From: Thermoanaerobaculia bacterium | GTDB taxonomy: Bacteria > Acidobacteriota > Thermoanaerobaculia > Multivoradales > UBA5704 | NCBI GenBank assembly: GCA_044226625.1 | Contig: JBGAGQ010000011.1 | Coordinates: 32,001 to 96,000 of the forward strand | Reading direction: 5' to 3' | DNA length: 64,000 nt | Shown: positions 30,345-39,501 of the stretch, piece after piece | Numbering within the stretch: position 1 is the first letter of the stretch | Layout of the letters: every line of letters starts with the position of its first letter | Notes under the pieces: model-generated | The model's database searches: none | Seen by the model: only the letters and a program-made list of their open reading frames with translations | What the model was told of the DNA's origin: nothing | Position numbers and translations under genes: made by a program

Positions 30345-30550
30345 CCGCAGCCACGCGAAGGCTTTCGATGTTACAACCCAATTTTTCTTTCCAAAGTTGT
30401 CTCGTCTTCGTTGGGGCCTAGCACCTCCAGAGTTGTAATCGTCGCGAGAAGGAAGTCTTCCCCGGAATGTCGGATGTTAAGTAAAGCCGATTTTCCAAAG
30501 GTCTGCTTCGGCCTCGCCCTGACACACAATCCTTATCAAAGGAGAAGAGC

Positions 30551-32296
30551 ATGGACCGTCCCACAAACTCCCCGACTGACCAACGTACGCAAAGCCCCTC
30601 GGCGGCGGATTCACCCGGCGTGAGCCGGCGCGGCTTCCTCGGCGGCATGGGTACCGCCGCCGCGGCGATTGCGGTCGGAGGCGCGGCGCTCGAACCCGCG
30701 CTCACCGGCGCCGTCGCCGAAGCGGCGGAGATCGGGCCGCTCGGCAACAACCAGCGGCGCAACGCGGCGGCCGCGTACCGCAGAGAAGCCGCGCAGTTCT
30801 GGAAGCAGGCAGGCTTTCCCGACCACCCCACGAACAGCGACGAGAAGCTCTATCCGAACAAGATCGGCAACTACTCCAAGGGGCTACCGCACAACGCCTT
30901 CGGCGAGGTCGACGAGGGTGCGTACGACAGCCTGATCGACGCGTTGTCCTCCGGCGATCCGAAGGATTTCGAGGACATCATCTTGGGCGGTTCGGGCGCC
31001 GGTCCGGTGGGAAAACTGGTCAATCCCCAGTGCGGCCTCGCGTTCGACCTCGAAGGCTCCGATGCCCATCAGCACGCGATTCCTCCGGCGCCCGCCCTGG
31101 CGAGCGCCGAGGAGGCCGCGGAGGAGATCGAGCTCTACTGGATGTCGCTGCTGCGCGACGTGAACTTCAACGACTACGCGACGAACCCGCTCGCCCAGCG
31201 CGCGGTCTTGGAGCTCGACAGCCTACCGCCCTCGGCTTTCAAGGGACCGCGGATCGGCGGCCACGTCACCGCGCAGTCGCTGTTCCGCGACGTCGGCCCG
31301 GGAATGACCGACGGACCGTACCTGTCGCAGTTTTTCCTTCTGCCGACGCCGTTCGGCGCGGAGTACGTCGACCGGCGTTCGCGAGTGTTCGCGCCGGGCA
31401 CGAACTTCCTAACGAACGCGTCGACCTGGGTGAACGCCCAGAACGGCGGCGTGCCGATCGAGACCGCCGTGTTCGACTCGCAGCGCCGCTACATCCGCAA
31501 CGGCCGCGACATCGGCCGGTGGGTGAACATCGACGTCCTGTTCCAGGGCTACTTCAACGCCTGCCTGATTCTCCTTACCCCGCCGGACGGCGCCGATCCG
31601 CTCTCCGGTGGCATCGGCTGCCCCTTCAACCCGGGGAATCCGTACACCAGCTCGGCCACCCAGTTCGGCTTCGGAACGTTCGGCCCTCCGGGGATCAAAG
31701 CGTTGATGTGCGAGGTCGCGAGCCGCGCCTTGAAGGCGGTCTGGTTCCAGAAGTGGTTCGTCCATCGGCGCCTTCGGCCCGAGGCGTACGGCGGTCTGGT
31801 CCACTGGCAGAAGGCGACCAACCGCTATCCGGGAGTGCTCCACCCGAGCGTCCTCGGCTCGGAGGCGGTCGACCGGGTCCACACCCAGTACGGCACCTAC
31901 TTCCTGCCGATGGCATTCCCGGAAGGTTCTCCCACCCACCCGGCTTACGGCGCAGGACACGCCACGGTGGCGGGCGCTTGCGTCACGATCCTGAAGGCTC
32001 TTTTCAACGAGAACTACGTCATCCCCAACCCGGTCGTCGCTGCGAGCGACGGCCTGTCCACCCAGCCCTACTCGGGGCCGGCTCTCACCGTCCGAGGCGA
32101 GCTCAACAAGCTCGCCTCGAACGTGGCGACGGGCCGCAACATCGCGGGCGTCCACTGGCGCTCCGACGCCTTCTGGTCGCTCCGGCTCGGCCAGCAGATC
32201 GCGATCGACATCCTGCGCGATCAGCGGGGTGGCTATAACGAAGTCTTCAGCGGCTACACCTTCACGGGCTTCGACGGCGAGACGATCACCGTCTAA
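30551..32296 (+). CDS. Vanadium-dependent haloperoxidase 2, Tat-exported
   Basis: Tat motif SRRGFLG; YSKGLPH; QKWFVHRRLRP; HPAYGAGHA; RNIAGVHWRSD. Confidence 0.92.
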   Translation: MDRPTNSPTDQRTQSPSAADSPGVSRRGFLGGMGTAAAAIAVGGAALEPALTGAVAEAAEIGPLGNNQRRNAAAAYRREAAQFWKQAGFPDHPTNSDEKLYPNKIGNYSKGLPHNAFGEVDEGAYDSLIDALSSGDPKDFEDIILGGSGAGPVGKLVNPQCGLAFDLEGSDAHQHAIPPAPALASAEEAAEEIELYWMSLLRDVNFNDYATNPLAQRAVLELDSLPPSAFKGPRIGGHVTAQSLFRDVGPGMTDGPYLSQFFLLPTPFGAEYVDRRSRVFAPGTNFLTNASTWVNAQNGGVPIETAVFDSQRRYIRNGRDIGRWVNIDVLFQGYFNACLILLTPPDGADPLSGGIGCPFNPGNPYTSSATQFGFGTFGPPGIKALMCEVASRALKAVWFQKWFVHRRLRPEAYGGLVHWQKATNRYPGVLHPSVLGSEAVDRVHTQYGTYFLPMAFPEGSPTHPAYGAGHATVAGACVTILKALFNENYVIPNPVVAASDGLSTQPYSGPALTVRGELNKLASNVATGRNIAGVHWRSDAFWSLRLGQQIAIDILRDQRGGYNEVFSGYTFTGFDGETITV

Positions 32297-32310
32297 GCCC
32301 TCAGCGATTC

Positions 32311-32348
32311 GGCCCGGCCGCCCTTCTCGTTCCGGGGGCGGCCGGGTC
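32311..32348. terminator. GC-rich hairpin after haloperoxidase 2
   Basis: GGCCCGGCCGCCC...GGGCGGCCGGGTC followed by GACTTTT. Confidence 0.5.
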
Positions 32349-32407
32349 GACTTTTGGAGAAGCGCGCCGAATCGGCGGCGGCGAGCCCGAGTGAGAAGGC
32401 CGCGATC

Positions 32408-33509
32408 TCAGAAGATGAACATGTGGTGCTGCTCGTCCCAGAGCCTCTGGACCCCTGGCGGGTCGAGGCGGAACGTCGAATCCGGCATCGCCTCGTTGGC
32501 TCGAATCACCTCGATCCGGTAGGAGATCCGCTGAAGCAGATTGCCGCGCTCTGACAGTCGCTCCTCGACGATCGTCCATGGAAAGACCAGATCGGGGGCT
32601 CCTTGGACCGGATTGAAGAACGTCATCTCGACCCGGCGACGGACCTCACCTCGAGCCGTCCGCGCTTCCAGGAGGAGGCGGCCCCCACGGGGACCGGACT
32701 CCTCGGCCACCTGGTAGGCGCCGACCTCCGCATCCCCCAGGTTTGCGGGGGGGATGACGAGCTCGACCGGGCCTGTCTTCGAGTCGATCCGTTCGCGTGG
32801 CGCGCTGCCCCTCAGATCGATGACTCGAAGTCCGCAGGCGGGACACTCGTCGGAGTTGGGATCGAGCATCTTGAGCGGAAGAAACAACGGGTTTCGAACC
32901 GGTAGCGGCCACATCCGCTGGTTCGGACCGTTGATCGAAAGAACGCCGCCGACCGGCATGAAAATTTGATAGGACCGGCCGTCGTACGCCACTTCGCCGA
33001 CCTGGGAAAGACCGAGCACAGGTGGGACCGAGGACACGGCATGAAAGCGCTCGCCCGACTCCCAGTATTCGAAACTGCCGCTGCCGAGAAGGTCTCGGCC
33101 CAACCCCGTCTCCTCGGGAGAAATCCAGATTTCCAGCTGGGCTCGAAGGTGAATCGAATCGATTTCGGCGAGGGCCTGCCAGTACCTCCGAATCGCGGGA
33201 GGAACGCCACCCTTTCCGATAGCTTCCACTCTACGTTCGATCGCTACGACTTCCTGGGCCGTCTCCGGCCGTTGTGCAGGTGCAACGGATCCCTCCAGCC
33301 CACCGTCCTCCACGCCGTAGTGTCGTCGTCACGTTCTCAAGCGGAACCAAGGAAACGATGAGGGGAACGCACGAAGTGGGAAACAAGGTGCAGAGGGTCG
33401 CTTCGGGGTAGCACTGTCCGCCAGGCAATTGGGCTGAAAGGGAAAGCGGAACGAACAGGACCACGGAGAACAGGAAACGTCGCGCCATAAGTTTCATCAT
33501 GCGCTCCAT
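32408..33509 (-). pseudogene. Secreted hypothetical protein split by an apparent single frameshift near 33325
   Basis: The signal-peptide ORF (33509: MARRFLFSVVLFVPLSLSAQ...) and the 301-aa ORF (33313-32408) join if one base is removed. Confidence 0.5.
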
Positions 33510-33732
33510 TTAGAAATGTTGCGATATTCTGTGATCCACGTCGCCGCCGTGTCAAGGCGCCGCCAAAGAGCCGATGAAATCGGACCCGAAAAGGGACTCT
33601 TCCTCTCGACCATCTCGAGGCCCCAATTTCCTTCTTACCTATTGAGTCCAAACCACCCGATTTCGCGAACCTTCGGCCTTATGCTGAAGTCGTTCGGCCT
33701 GGCGGGCCGGACCGCAGCTGGAGGATGACGAG

Positions 33733-34260
33733 ATGCCGAGCGAAGCGAATCGAGGTTCGAGGACGGGATTCTCGGCGGTTGCCGTCGTGTTCCTGGTCTG
33801 TGCTCTGGCCGCGTGCAGAAAGCCTGCGCCGGCTGGTTTGGAGACACGCGGCGCTTACGAGCCCGGCCTCGGAGAGCTGATGACTTTCCAGCAGATGCGG
33901 CACCTCAAGCTCTGGCTCGCCGGTTCGGCCGGCAATTGGGATCTGGCGGTCTACGAGTGCGAAGAGCTCGGCGAAGGGTTCGACGACGTGGTTCGCTTTC
34001 ACCCGACGCACAAGGACGCGCCGATCGCGCCGCGCGATGCAATCCCGCGTATGGTCGTGGAGCCTCTCGCCGAAGTGCGAGCGGCGGCCGAAAGACATGA
34101 TCGTGCGGCGTTCGTTCGGGCCTACGACACGCTCACCGCGGCCTGCAACAACTGCCATGGTGCGATGAATTTCGGTTTCAACGTGGTCCGCCGGCCGACC
34201 GGCAATCCGTACACCAACCAGATCTTCGACCCGGAGCCGCCGGCCGAGGCCACCCCTTGA
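33733..34260 (+). CDS. Exported mono-haem c-type cytochrome (helical-bundle type)
   Basis: Lipoprotein-like signal (LAAC); C-terminal CNNCH; PGLGELM...RHLKLWLAG. Confidence 0.7.
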   Translation: MPSEANRGSRTGFSAVAVVFLVCALAACRKPAPAGLETRGAYEPGLGELMTFQQMRHLKLWLAGSAGNWDLAVYECEELGEGFDDVVRFHPTHKDAPIAPRDAIPRMVVEPLAEVRAAAERHDRAAFVRAYDTLTAACNNCHGAMNFGFNVVRRPTGNPYTNQIFDPEPPAEATP

Positions 34261-34354
34261 GCGCTGGAGGCGCGCGCCGCAGCGTTCGGAGCCTCCCGCC
34301 GCGGAAATCGAAAAAGTCGTCTTCGCGCGACCGATGGGGCTGGAGCGGCGCGCG

Positions 34355-35560
34355 ATGACAAAAGCGAGCGCCTCTGCCGCCGCTTCGACGGCGTTCCGGT
34401 TCGTGCTGGTGATGGGCGCGGTAAACCTTTTCGCCGACGCCACCTACGAGGGAGGTGGAAGCCTCAACGGCACCTTCCTGGCCTCGCTCGGGGCGAGCGC
34501 CGCCGCGATCAGCGTGATCGCCGGCTTGGGCGAGTTCCTTGGTTACAGCTTGCGGTCCGTTTCCGGGTACCTCGCCGACAGGACGGGAAAGCATTGGCCG
34601 ATTACCTTCATCGGCTATACGGTCAACCTCCTCGCGGTACCGGCCATGGCGCTCGCTCCCTCTTGGCAGGCCGCCGCGACGCTCGTTCTCGCGGAACGTA
34701 TCGGGCGCGCTTTGCGCAAGCCTACCGTCGAGGCGATGCTTTCCTACACGACCTCCAAGCATGGAAAAGGGTGGGTGTATGCGGTGAACACGGCGCTCGA
34801 CGAAACCGGCGCTACCCTCGGGCCCCTCCTGATGTCCCTCGTTCTCTATCGCGGCGCCGGTTTTCATATCGGCTATTCACTCCTTCTCGCCCCCGCGTTG
34901 CTTGCGATCGCCTGCCTGGTGGCCGCGAAGGTCATCTTCCCACTGCCTTCGAAGCTCGAAGAGGGCGGCGCTTCCACCGCTTCGGCGCCCGGTTTCACCC
35001 GCGCCTACTGGCTCTACATGACTGCCGGCGCCTGCTTCGCGGCCGGCCTCATGAGTTTCGAGCTGATCTCGTTTCACCTGTCGGCCAGCGGCACCGCGAC
35101 GCAGCACTGGATACCTCTCTTCCTGGCCATCGCCACCGCGTTCGCCGTCGCTGCGAGCCTGATTCTCGGGAAGCTCTACGATCGGGTCGACATCCGGGCC
35201 GTCGTGATCGGTGTGGTGGTGACGGCGGCGTTCCCGCCGCTGGTTTTCCTCGGCGGGCCTTGGGTTGCGCTTTTCGGACTGATGCTTTGGGGCGTCGGCT
35301 ACGCAACCCAGGACACTCTGCTCAAGGCACTCATCGCCAGCGTGTTGCCCGAGAAGCGCCGCAACCTCGCTTTCGGCATCTTTTACCTTGGGTATGGCGG
35401 CGGTTGGCTGCTGGGCAGCGTCGTCACGGGTCTGCTTTACGACAGGACGCGGATCGGCTTGATCGGGTTCGCGATGGGAACCCTTCTCACCTCGGTGCCC
35501 TTTTTCATGCTGGGTGCGAAGGCGTCGAAACGACTTCGGCGCCAAACGTCGGGCCGGTGA
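34355..35560 (+). CDS. MFS transporter
   Basis: About 12 hydrophobic segments; SGYLADRTGK and LGKLYDRV loop motifs. Confidence 0.9.
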   Translation: MTKASASAAASTAFRFVLVMGAVNLFADATYEGGGSLNGTFLASLGASAAAISVIAGLGEFLGYSLRSVSGYLADRTGKHWPITFIGYTVNLLAVPAMALAPSWQAAATLVLAERIGRALRKPTVEAMLSYTTSKHGKGWVYAVNTALDETGATLGPLLMSLVLYRGAGFHIGYSLLLAPALLAIACLVAAKVIFPLPSKLEEGGASTASAPGFTRAYWLYMTAGACFAAGLMSFELISFHLSASGTATQHWIPLFLAIATAFAVAASLILGKLYDRVDIRAVVIGVVVTAAFPPLVFLGGPWVALFGLMLWGVGYATQDTLLKALIASVLPEKRRNLAFGIFYLGYGGGWLLGSVVTGLLYDRTRIGLIGFAMGTLLTSVPFFMLGAKASKRLRRQTSGR

Positions 35561-36550
35561 CTCGAGGCGGCTCCTTTCCGCGGGAGGAACGGAAGGATCG
35601 GGTCGGAGCAACCAAGCGGCGAAACCCGCTTCCAACGCGTCCCACGACTCACCGAGCGTAGCGCGATGCCGCTCCGCGTCGAAACGCTCTCCTCGCGAGA
35701 GGGTTTGGAGATATCCCTTGAAACGAGGTGCGAGCCGCGGATCGAGCAGTAGATAGCGGACCAGCAGGGCGCTTTCCTCGTAGTCGAACGAACGCACGTC
35801 GCGATCGAAATCGCTTCGATCGAGGCCGGCGAGCTCGGACAAAGGACGCGCCCAGCCCCGGGACCGGGCTTCGCGCAGCCGCTGGGCGAGAGCCTCGACA
35901 CCGACGACTCCGCGCAGCGGAGCGATCCCCTCCTCCGAGGCGCTGTAGCCGATCGCGTCGGCGAGCCCCTCGGAGAGCCACGGAGGAAGATTCGTGCCGA
36001 GCGCCCGCCGATGGACCAAGTGGGTCAGCTCGTGAGCGAGCGTGGTGATCGCGCTCTTCCGTCCGCTCCCCGCGTGGATGACGATCAGGCCGTCTACATC
36101 GCTCGCGAAACCCGCGTATCCCGCGGCGAGACGACCGTCCGCCTCGACGAATCGCCGATAGGACGAGAGCGTCGCGAAGAGGACGATCCCCTCGACGGGC
36201 TTCCCCGCCGGCACCACCCCGAACCGCTCCGCGTAGACCCGATCGATCGAGGCGCCGATCCGCTCGCAGGCCGTGAGCAGGAGAATGTCGCGGCTGTCGG
36301 TGGTGAGCGTATACGGTCCGCAACGCCCTTCTTGGGAACCCGACATCGTCGAGCGGGCGAGCGCCCGGAGCTTCGGATTCGGCGGGTGAGCCGCACGAGG
36401 GGCGGAAAGCGGCGGCTTGGGCCGGAATCGAGGCGGCTTCAAGACCCGAGGCGGCGAGGGCTCGCCGCAGCCCGAGATGAGGGCGCCCAGGAGGACGCAC
36501 GCGCTCAAGCTGCGGCTCGCCCGAGAAGATCGGGTCCTGAAGCCCCTCAT
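34877..36550 (-). CDS. DUF1570-like / gluzincin metallopeptidase lipoprotein (3' end uncertain)
   Basis: LISGC lipobox; LAHELTH...PPWLSEGLA. The domain appears to end near 35600 but no stop occurs until 34877. Confidence 0.65.
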   Translation of the reverse strand: MRGFRTRSSRASRSLSACVLLGALISGCGEPSPPRVLKPPRFRPKPPLSAPRAAHPPNPKLRALARSTMSGSQEGRCGPYTLTTDSRDILLLTACERIGASIDRVYAERFGVVPAGKPVEGIVLFATLSSYRRFVEADGRLAAGYAGFASDVDGLIVIHAGSGRKSAITTLAHELTHLVHRRALGTNLPPWLSEGLADAIGYSASEEGIAPLRGVVGVEALAQRLREARSRGWARPLSELAGLDRSDFDRDVRSFDYEESALLVRYLLLDPRLAPRFKGYLQTLSRGERFDAERHRATLGESWDALEAGFAAWLLRPDPSVPPAERSRLESPARRLAPKSFRRLRTQHEKGHRGEKGSHREPDQADPRPVVKQTRDDAAQQPTAAIPKVKDAESEVAALLGQHAGDECLEQSVLGCVADAPKHQSEKRNPRPAEENQRRERRRHHHTDHDGPDVDPIVELPENQARSDGERGGDGQEERYPVLRRGAAGRQVKRDQLETHEAGREAGAGSHVEPVGAGETGRRSGGSAALFELRRQWEDDLRGHQAGDRKQRGGEKE

Positions 36551-36707
36551 CGCGTCACCATCCGAGGAAGCGTAAACCAACCGCCCCCCCGCCTTCTGAA
36601 AGCCCCCTCCTCGCCGGGGCATGGCAAAGCCATAGGCTGCGCCTGGGGCCTGGAGCGCCCCGGTCGAGGAGAGGGAGTTGTAACGCGGAGTTACTGCGAG
36701 GAACTAC

Positions 36708-37088
36708 TTACGCGGCTTCGGGGGAGGCGTTCGTCACGGTCGGCTGGGCCTTTGCCTTCGTGCGCACCGGCGGGCGGCGCGGGCGGAAGCCGAACTTGAC
36801 CAGGGTCTCACTGCCGAAACCGTGCTTCCACTGGAGGCTCGCGCCGATCCGGCGGCGCAGGCGGTCGCCTTCGAGCGCGAGGCTCTTGCGCTCGACCGTC
36901 ATCCCCTGGGCCTCGGCGCGCAGCAGTTCCTGGTGCGCCTCGAACTCCCGGCTCTTGCGGAGGATCTCCTTGAGCTCCGCGACGTCGGCCGAAAGGTACG
37001 GCAGGTCGGGAAGGTCGGGCTCGAGGTTGGTGACGAGGGTTTCCCAGCGGCTGATGCGCGCGACGAGGGTCTGGCCGTTGGCAGCCAT
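36708..37088 (-). CDS. Hypothetical helical protein (126 aa) with basic C-terminal tail
   Basis: AAAGGAG RBS; coiled-coil-like core; ends HGFGSETLVKFGFRPRRPP. Confidence 0.75.
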   Translation of the reverse strand: MAANGQTLVARISRWETLVTNLEPDLPDLPYLSADVAELKEILRKSREFEAHQELLRAEAQGMTVERKSLALEGDRLRRRIGASLQWKHGFGSETLVKFGFRPRRPPVRTKAKAQPTVTNASPEAA

Positions 37089-37160
37089 GATGCGGACTCC
37101 TTTTTCGCCTTGCGGCAAGGTGTGGGGTCGATCCCACGCCGCGAGGGTAAACCACGAGGG

Positions 37161-37559
37161 TCCGAGAAAACGATAGTTTTTCGCGAACGAAGATTTTTTC
37201 TTCCGGGAAAGGGCGTCCGAGCCGGGCGGGTCTTTCTCCGGGCGGTCGATCCGACGGGGGAATGCAGTCGATGCGACCGTTGAAGCCCACGATGCGGCGG
37301 CGGAATCCGGTCGACGCGCCGGCCGAAGCCAGCGATGCGAGCGCGGAATCGACCGGTTCGGCCTGTCGAAGCAACGGCTGCGGCGCCCGAATCGACTGGC
37401 TTCGATGGCCGAGTCGACCCGAGGAGGCGACGAACCGACTGGATTCGAAGGTCGCATCGACCGGCTTCGGTCGCCGAAACGCCCTCTTGGGCCGTCCTAG
37501 GGAATCGGTGCGCCTCGGCGAAAAAAAGATCGCTCGTCAAAAACTATCGTTTTCTCGGA
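37161..37559. repeat. Element with 40-bp inverted termini and an internal 22/21-bp phased array
   Basis: TCCGAGAAAACGATAGTTTTT at 37161-37181 and its exact reverse complement at 37539-37559 (34/40 over the full arms); ten degenerate units at 37260-37475. Confidence 0.85.
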
Positions 37560-37632
37560 GGGACCTCATGTACTCTCGGGTGGCCCGGTTCGGCATTTAT
37601 ATGCGGGCGACCTTCGCAACTCCCGGCTCGCC

Positions 37633-38157
37633 TTACGCCGCATCCACCAAGTCGAGGCGGACCTTTAGATCCCTGAGCACGTAGAACGGGTCCCGGTAGC
37701 GGACTGCAAACTCCCTGCAGACATCGGGCAGCAGAATACGGGCTCGCGAATCGGGCCGTGGCATCTCGTTCGTGACGACCTCCGTGCCGCGGACCATCGA
37801 ATACGCGACCAGCCACCCATCCGCCTCGGTCGCGAACTTGGCCTTGGCGCGGTCGAGGTATTTCGAGTTCCGCTGTACCCAGAGCATGATCTCGGCGTAG
37901 GCCGTACTAACGTCTGCGGCATTCGAGTCGACGAAAAAGCCGGCTGGGACGTCGTTCCTCACCCATTGCACGAGATCCTCTTCCTTCCGTCCTGCCAGCA
38001 GCTCGGCGCGAATTCGATCGAGGCTTTGGGCTCGGCCATGTCGGTGCGCTTGGAGAACCGCCTTCCAGAATCCCGGGCAGATCTCAAAGGCGTAGTAAGT
38101 GTTTTTGGCGGTAATGAAGACGTCCGCATCGAGCAGGTAGACGGGAGGCTTGCTCAC
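37633..38157 (-). CDS. DUF4411 family PIN-domain protein
   Basis: YLLDADVFITAKNTYYAFEICPGFW, ADGWLVAY, VVTNE, LPDVC; GTGA overlap with the upstream gene. Confidence 0.88.
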   Translation of the reverse strand: MSKPPVYLLDADVFITAKNTYYAFEICPGFWKAVLQAHRHGRAQSLDRIRAELLAGRKEEDLVQWVRNDVPAGFFVDSNAADVSTAYAEIMLWVQRNSKYLDRAKAKFATEADGWLVAYSMVRGTEVVTNEMPRPDSRARILLPDVCREFAVRYRDPFYVLRDLKVRLDLVDAA

Positions 38158-39305
38158 GGCAGGTCGACTCCGAGCCGGCGGGCGTACTCCTGGAACGCGC
38201 CCCCGCGGAGATCGGTGAGATCGTAGGCCTCCCGGAAGGTCAATCGCCCTTCCATCGCGGCGAAGATGACGCTGGCCGCGAACCTGGCACCGACGCGCGT
38301 ATTTTGATTGTTGTAGAAGTCGCCGCCTCCGGAGGGCTTCGATTGCTGCCGCTCCGTCTTCGTGTAGGCGTCGTAGAACGCGAAGAAGGCCTTCCGGTCG
38401 ACGAGTGCGAGATCCATCGCCCGACGGCCGGCCACGATCTGGCTCACTTTGAAGTGCCGGGCAACCCGCTCGAACGCATCGTGTGCGCCTTTGATCGTTC
38501 GCCAGAGCTCCTTGAGCTCGGCCGCCGGCACGAGGAGCTCCGCCGCCGCCTGATCGCAGAACGTTTCGATCCGCGTGCCGCCGGGGAAAATGCCGTCGAA
38601 GCCCGAGAGCCCCTCGCCTTCCGAACCAAGCCAAACGTGGGCGAGCTCGTGCGCGAGGGTGAACATCTGGGCCGACTTCGCATCCGCGCCGTTGACGAAC
38701 ACGAGCGGGGCGTAAGGGTCGCTCAGGGCGAATCCTCGAAACTCGTTCACGTCGAGCTTTCGGTGGGTGTCGTTGCCGACGACGCCATTGATGACCGCCA
38801 TCACGCCGAGCTGCTCGATGCGACGCCGAAGCTCGCTGACCGCCTCCCGCCAGCTTGGGACCTTGGAGGCCCAGCCATCGTCGAGCCCGAGCATGCGGCG
38901 CATCTCTCGCCCGACCGCTGCCGGGTCGTCGCCGAGCCGCGCGCTGCCCACGAACTCCACGGGCTCCGCTTCGCTCTCGATGCGCGATTCCCGGAGCCAG
39001 TCCTGGCGCCGCTGCATGGCGTAAATGGTGTCGAGCAGATCGGCGCTGGGCCGCCCGGGGCTGCGAACGCCGGTTCGCAGGTCCCGGATCGGCAGCCGCT
39101 CGACGGGAGGCTCTGGAAGAAGCATGTACCCGAGCGGCGTGTGAGTTGCCTTCGCGAAGGCCTCGAGCTGTTTGAGCGTCGGCTGCCGCTCCTCACGCTC
39201 CCATGCCCCTAGCTGCGGAAAGCGAGTCGACAGCACGAGCTCGTCGACCCGCGACCGTTCGACCGCCCAGCGCAAAAGCTCCGGCTTGACCTCGACACGC
39301 TGCAT
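38154..39305 (-). CDS. HTH + ImmA/IrrE family Zn metallopeptidase
   Basis: N-terminal WEREERQPTLKQLEAFA HTH; EFRGFAL; FTLAHELAHVW; ETFCDQAAAELLVP. Confidence 0.92.
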   Translation of the reverse strand: MQRVEVKPELLRWAVERSRVDELVLSTRFPQLGAWEREERQPTLKQLEAFAKATHTPLGYMLLPEPPVERLPIRDLRTGVRSPGRPSADLLDTIYAMQRRQDWLRESRIESEAEPVEFVGSARLGDDPAAVGREMRRMLGLDDGWASKVPSWREAVSELRRRIEQLGVMAVINGVVGNDTHRKLDVNEFRGFALSDPYAPLVFVNGADAKSAQMFTLAHELAHVWLGSEGEGLSGFDGIFPGGTRIETFCDQAAAELLVPAAELKELWRTIKGAHDAFERVARHFKVSQIVAGRRAMDLALVDRKAFFAFYDAYTKTERQQSKPSGGGDFYNNQNTRVGARFAASVIFAAMEGRLTFREAYDLTDLRGGAFQEYARRLGVDLP

Positions 39306-39501
39306 GGCCAGTTCCTGGCTCCTACTTTGGAAGGATCCGAGCAGTCTAGTCCAACCTGACTGCGGTCTTATCTTACCGATCGCCGCCGTAACGAGTCGCG
39401 TGGAATTCTCTGGGCGGTCGAGGCGCTGCTCGAAACGCAGGTGTCCGCCCCGGCCGTCGACGCTCCGATCCCGACCGCCTAACCTGCCGGCGGTCGTCCC
39501 C

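Noticed and set aside
37260-37475. CRISPR array or coding heptad repeat
   Set aside because: No invariant repeat with unique spacers and no cas genes; the 43-bp period breaks the reading frame, and the overlapping ORFs look like GC-rich shadow frames.
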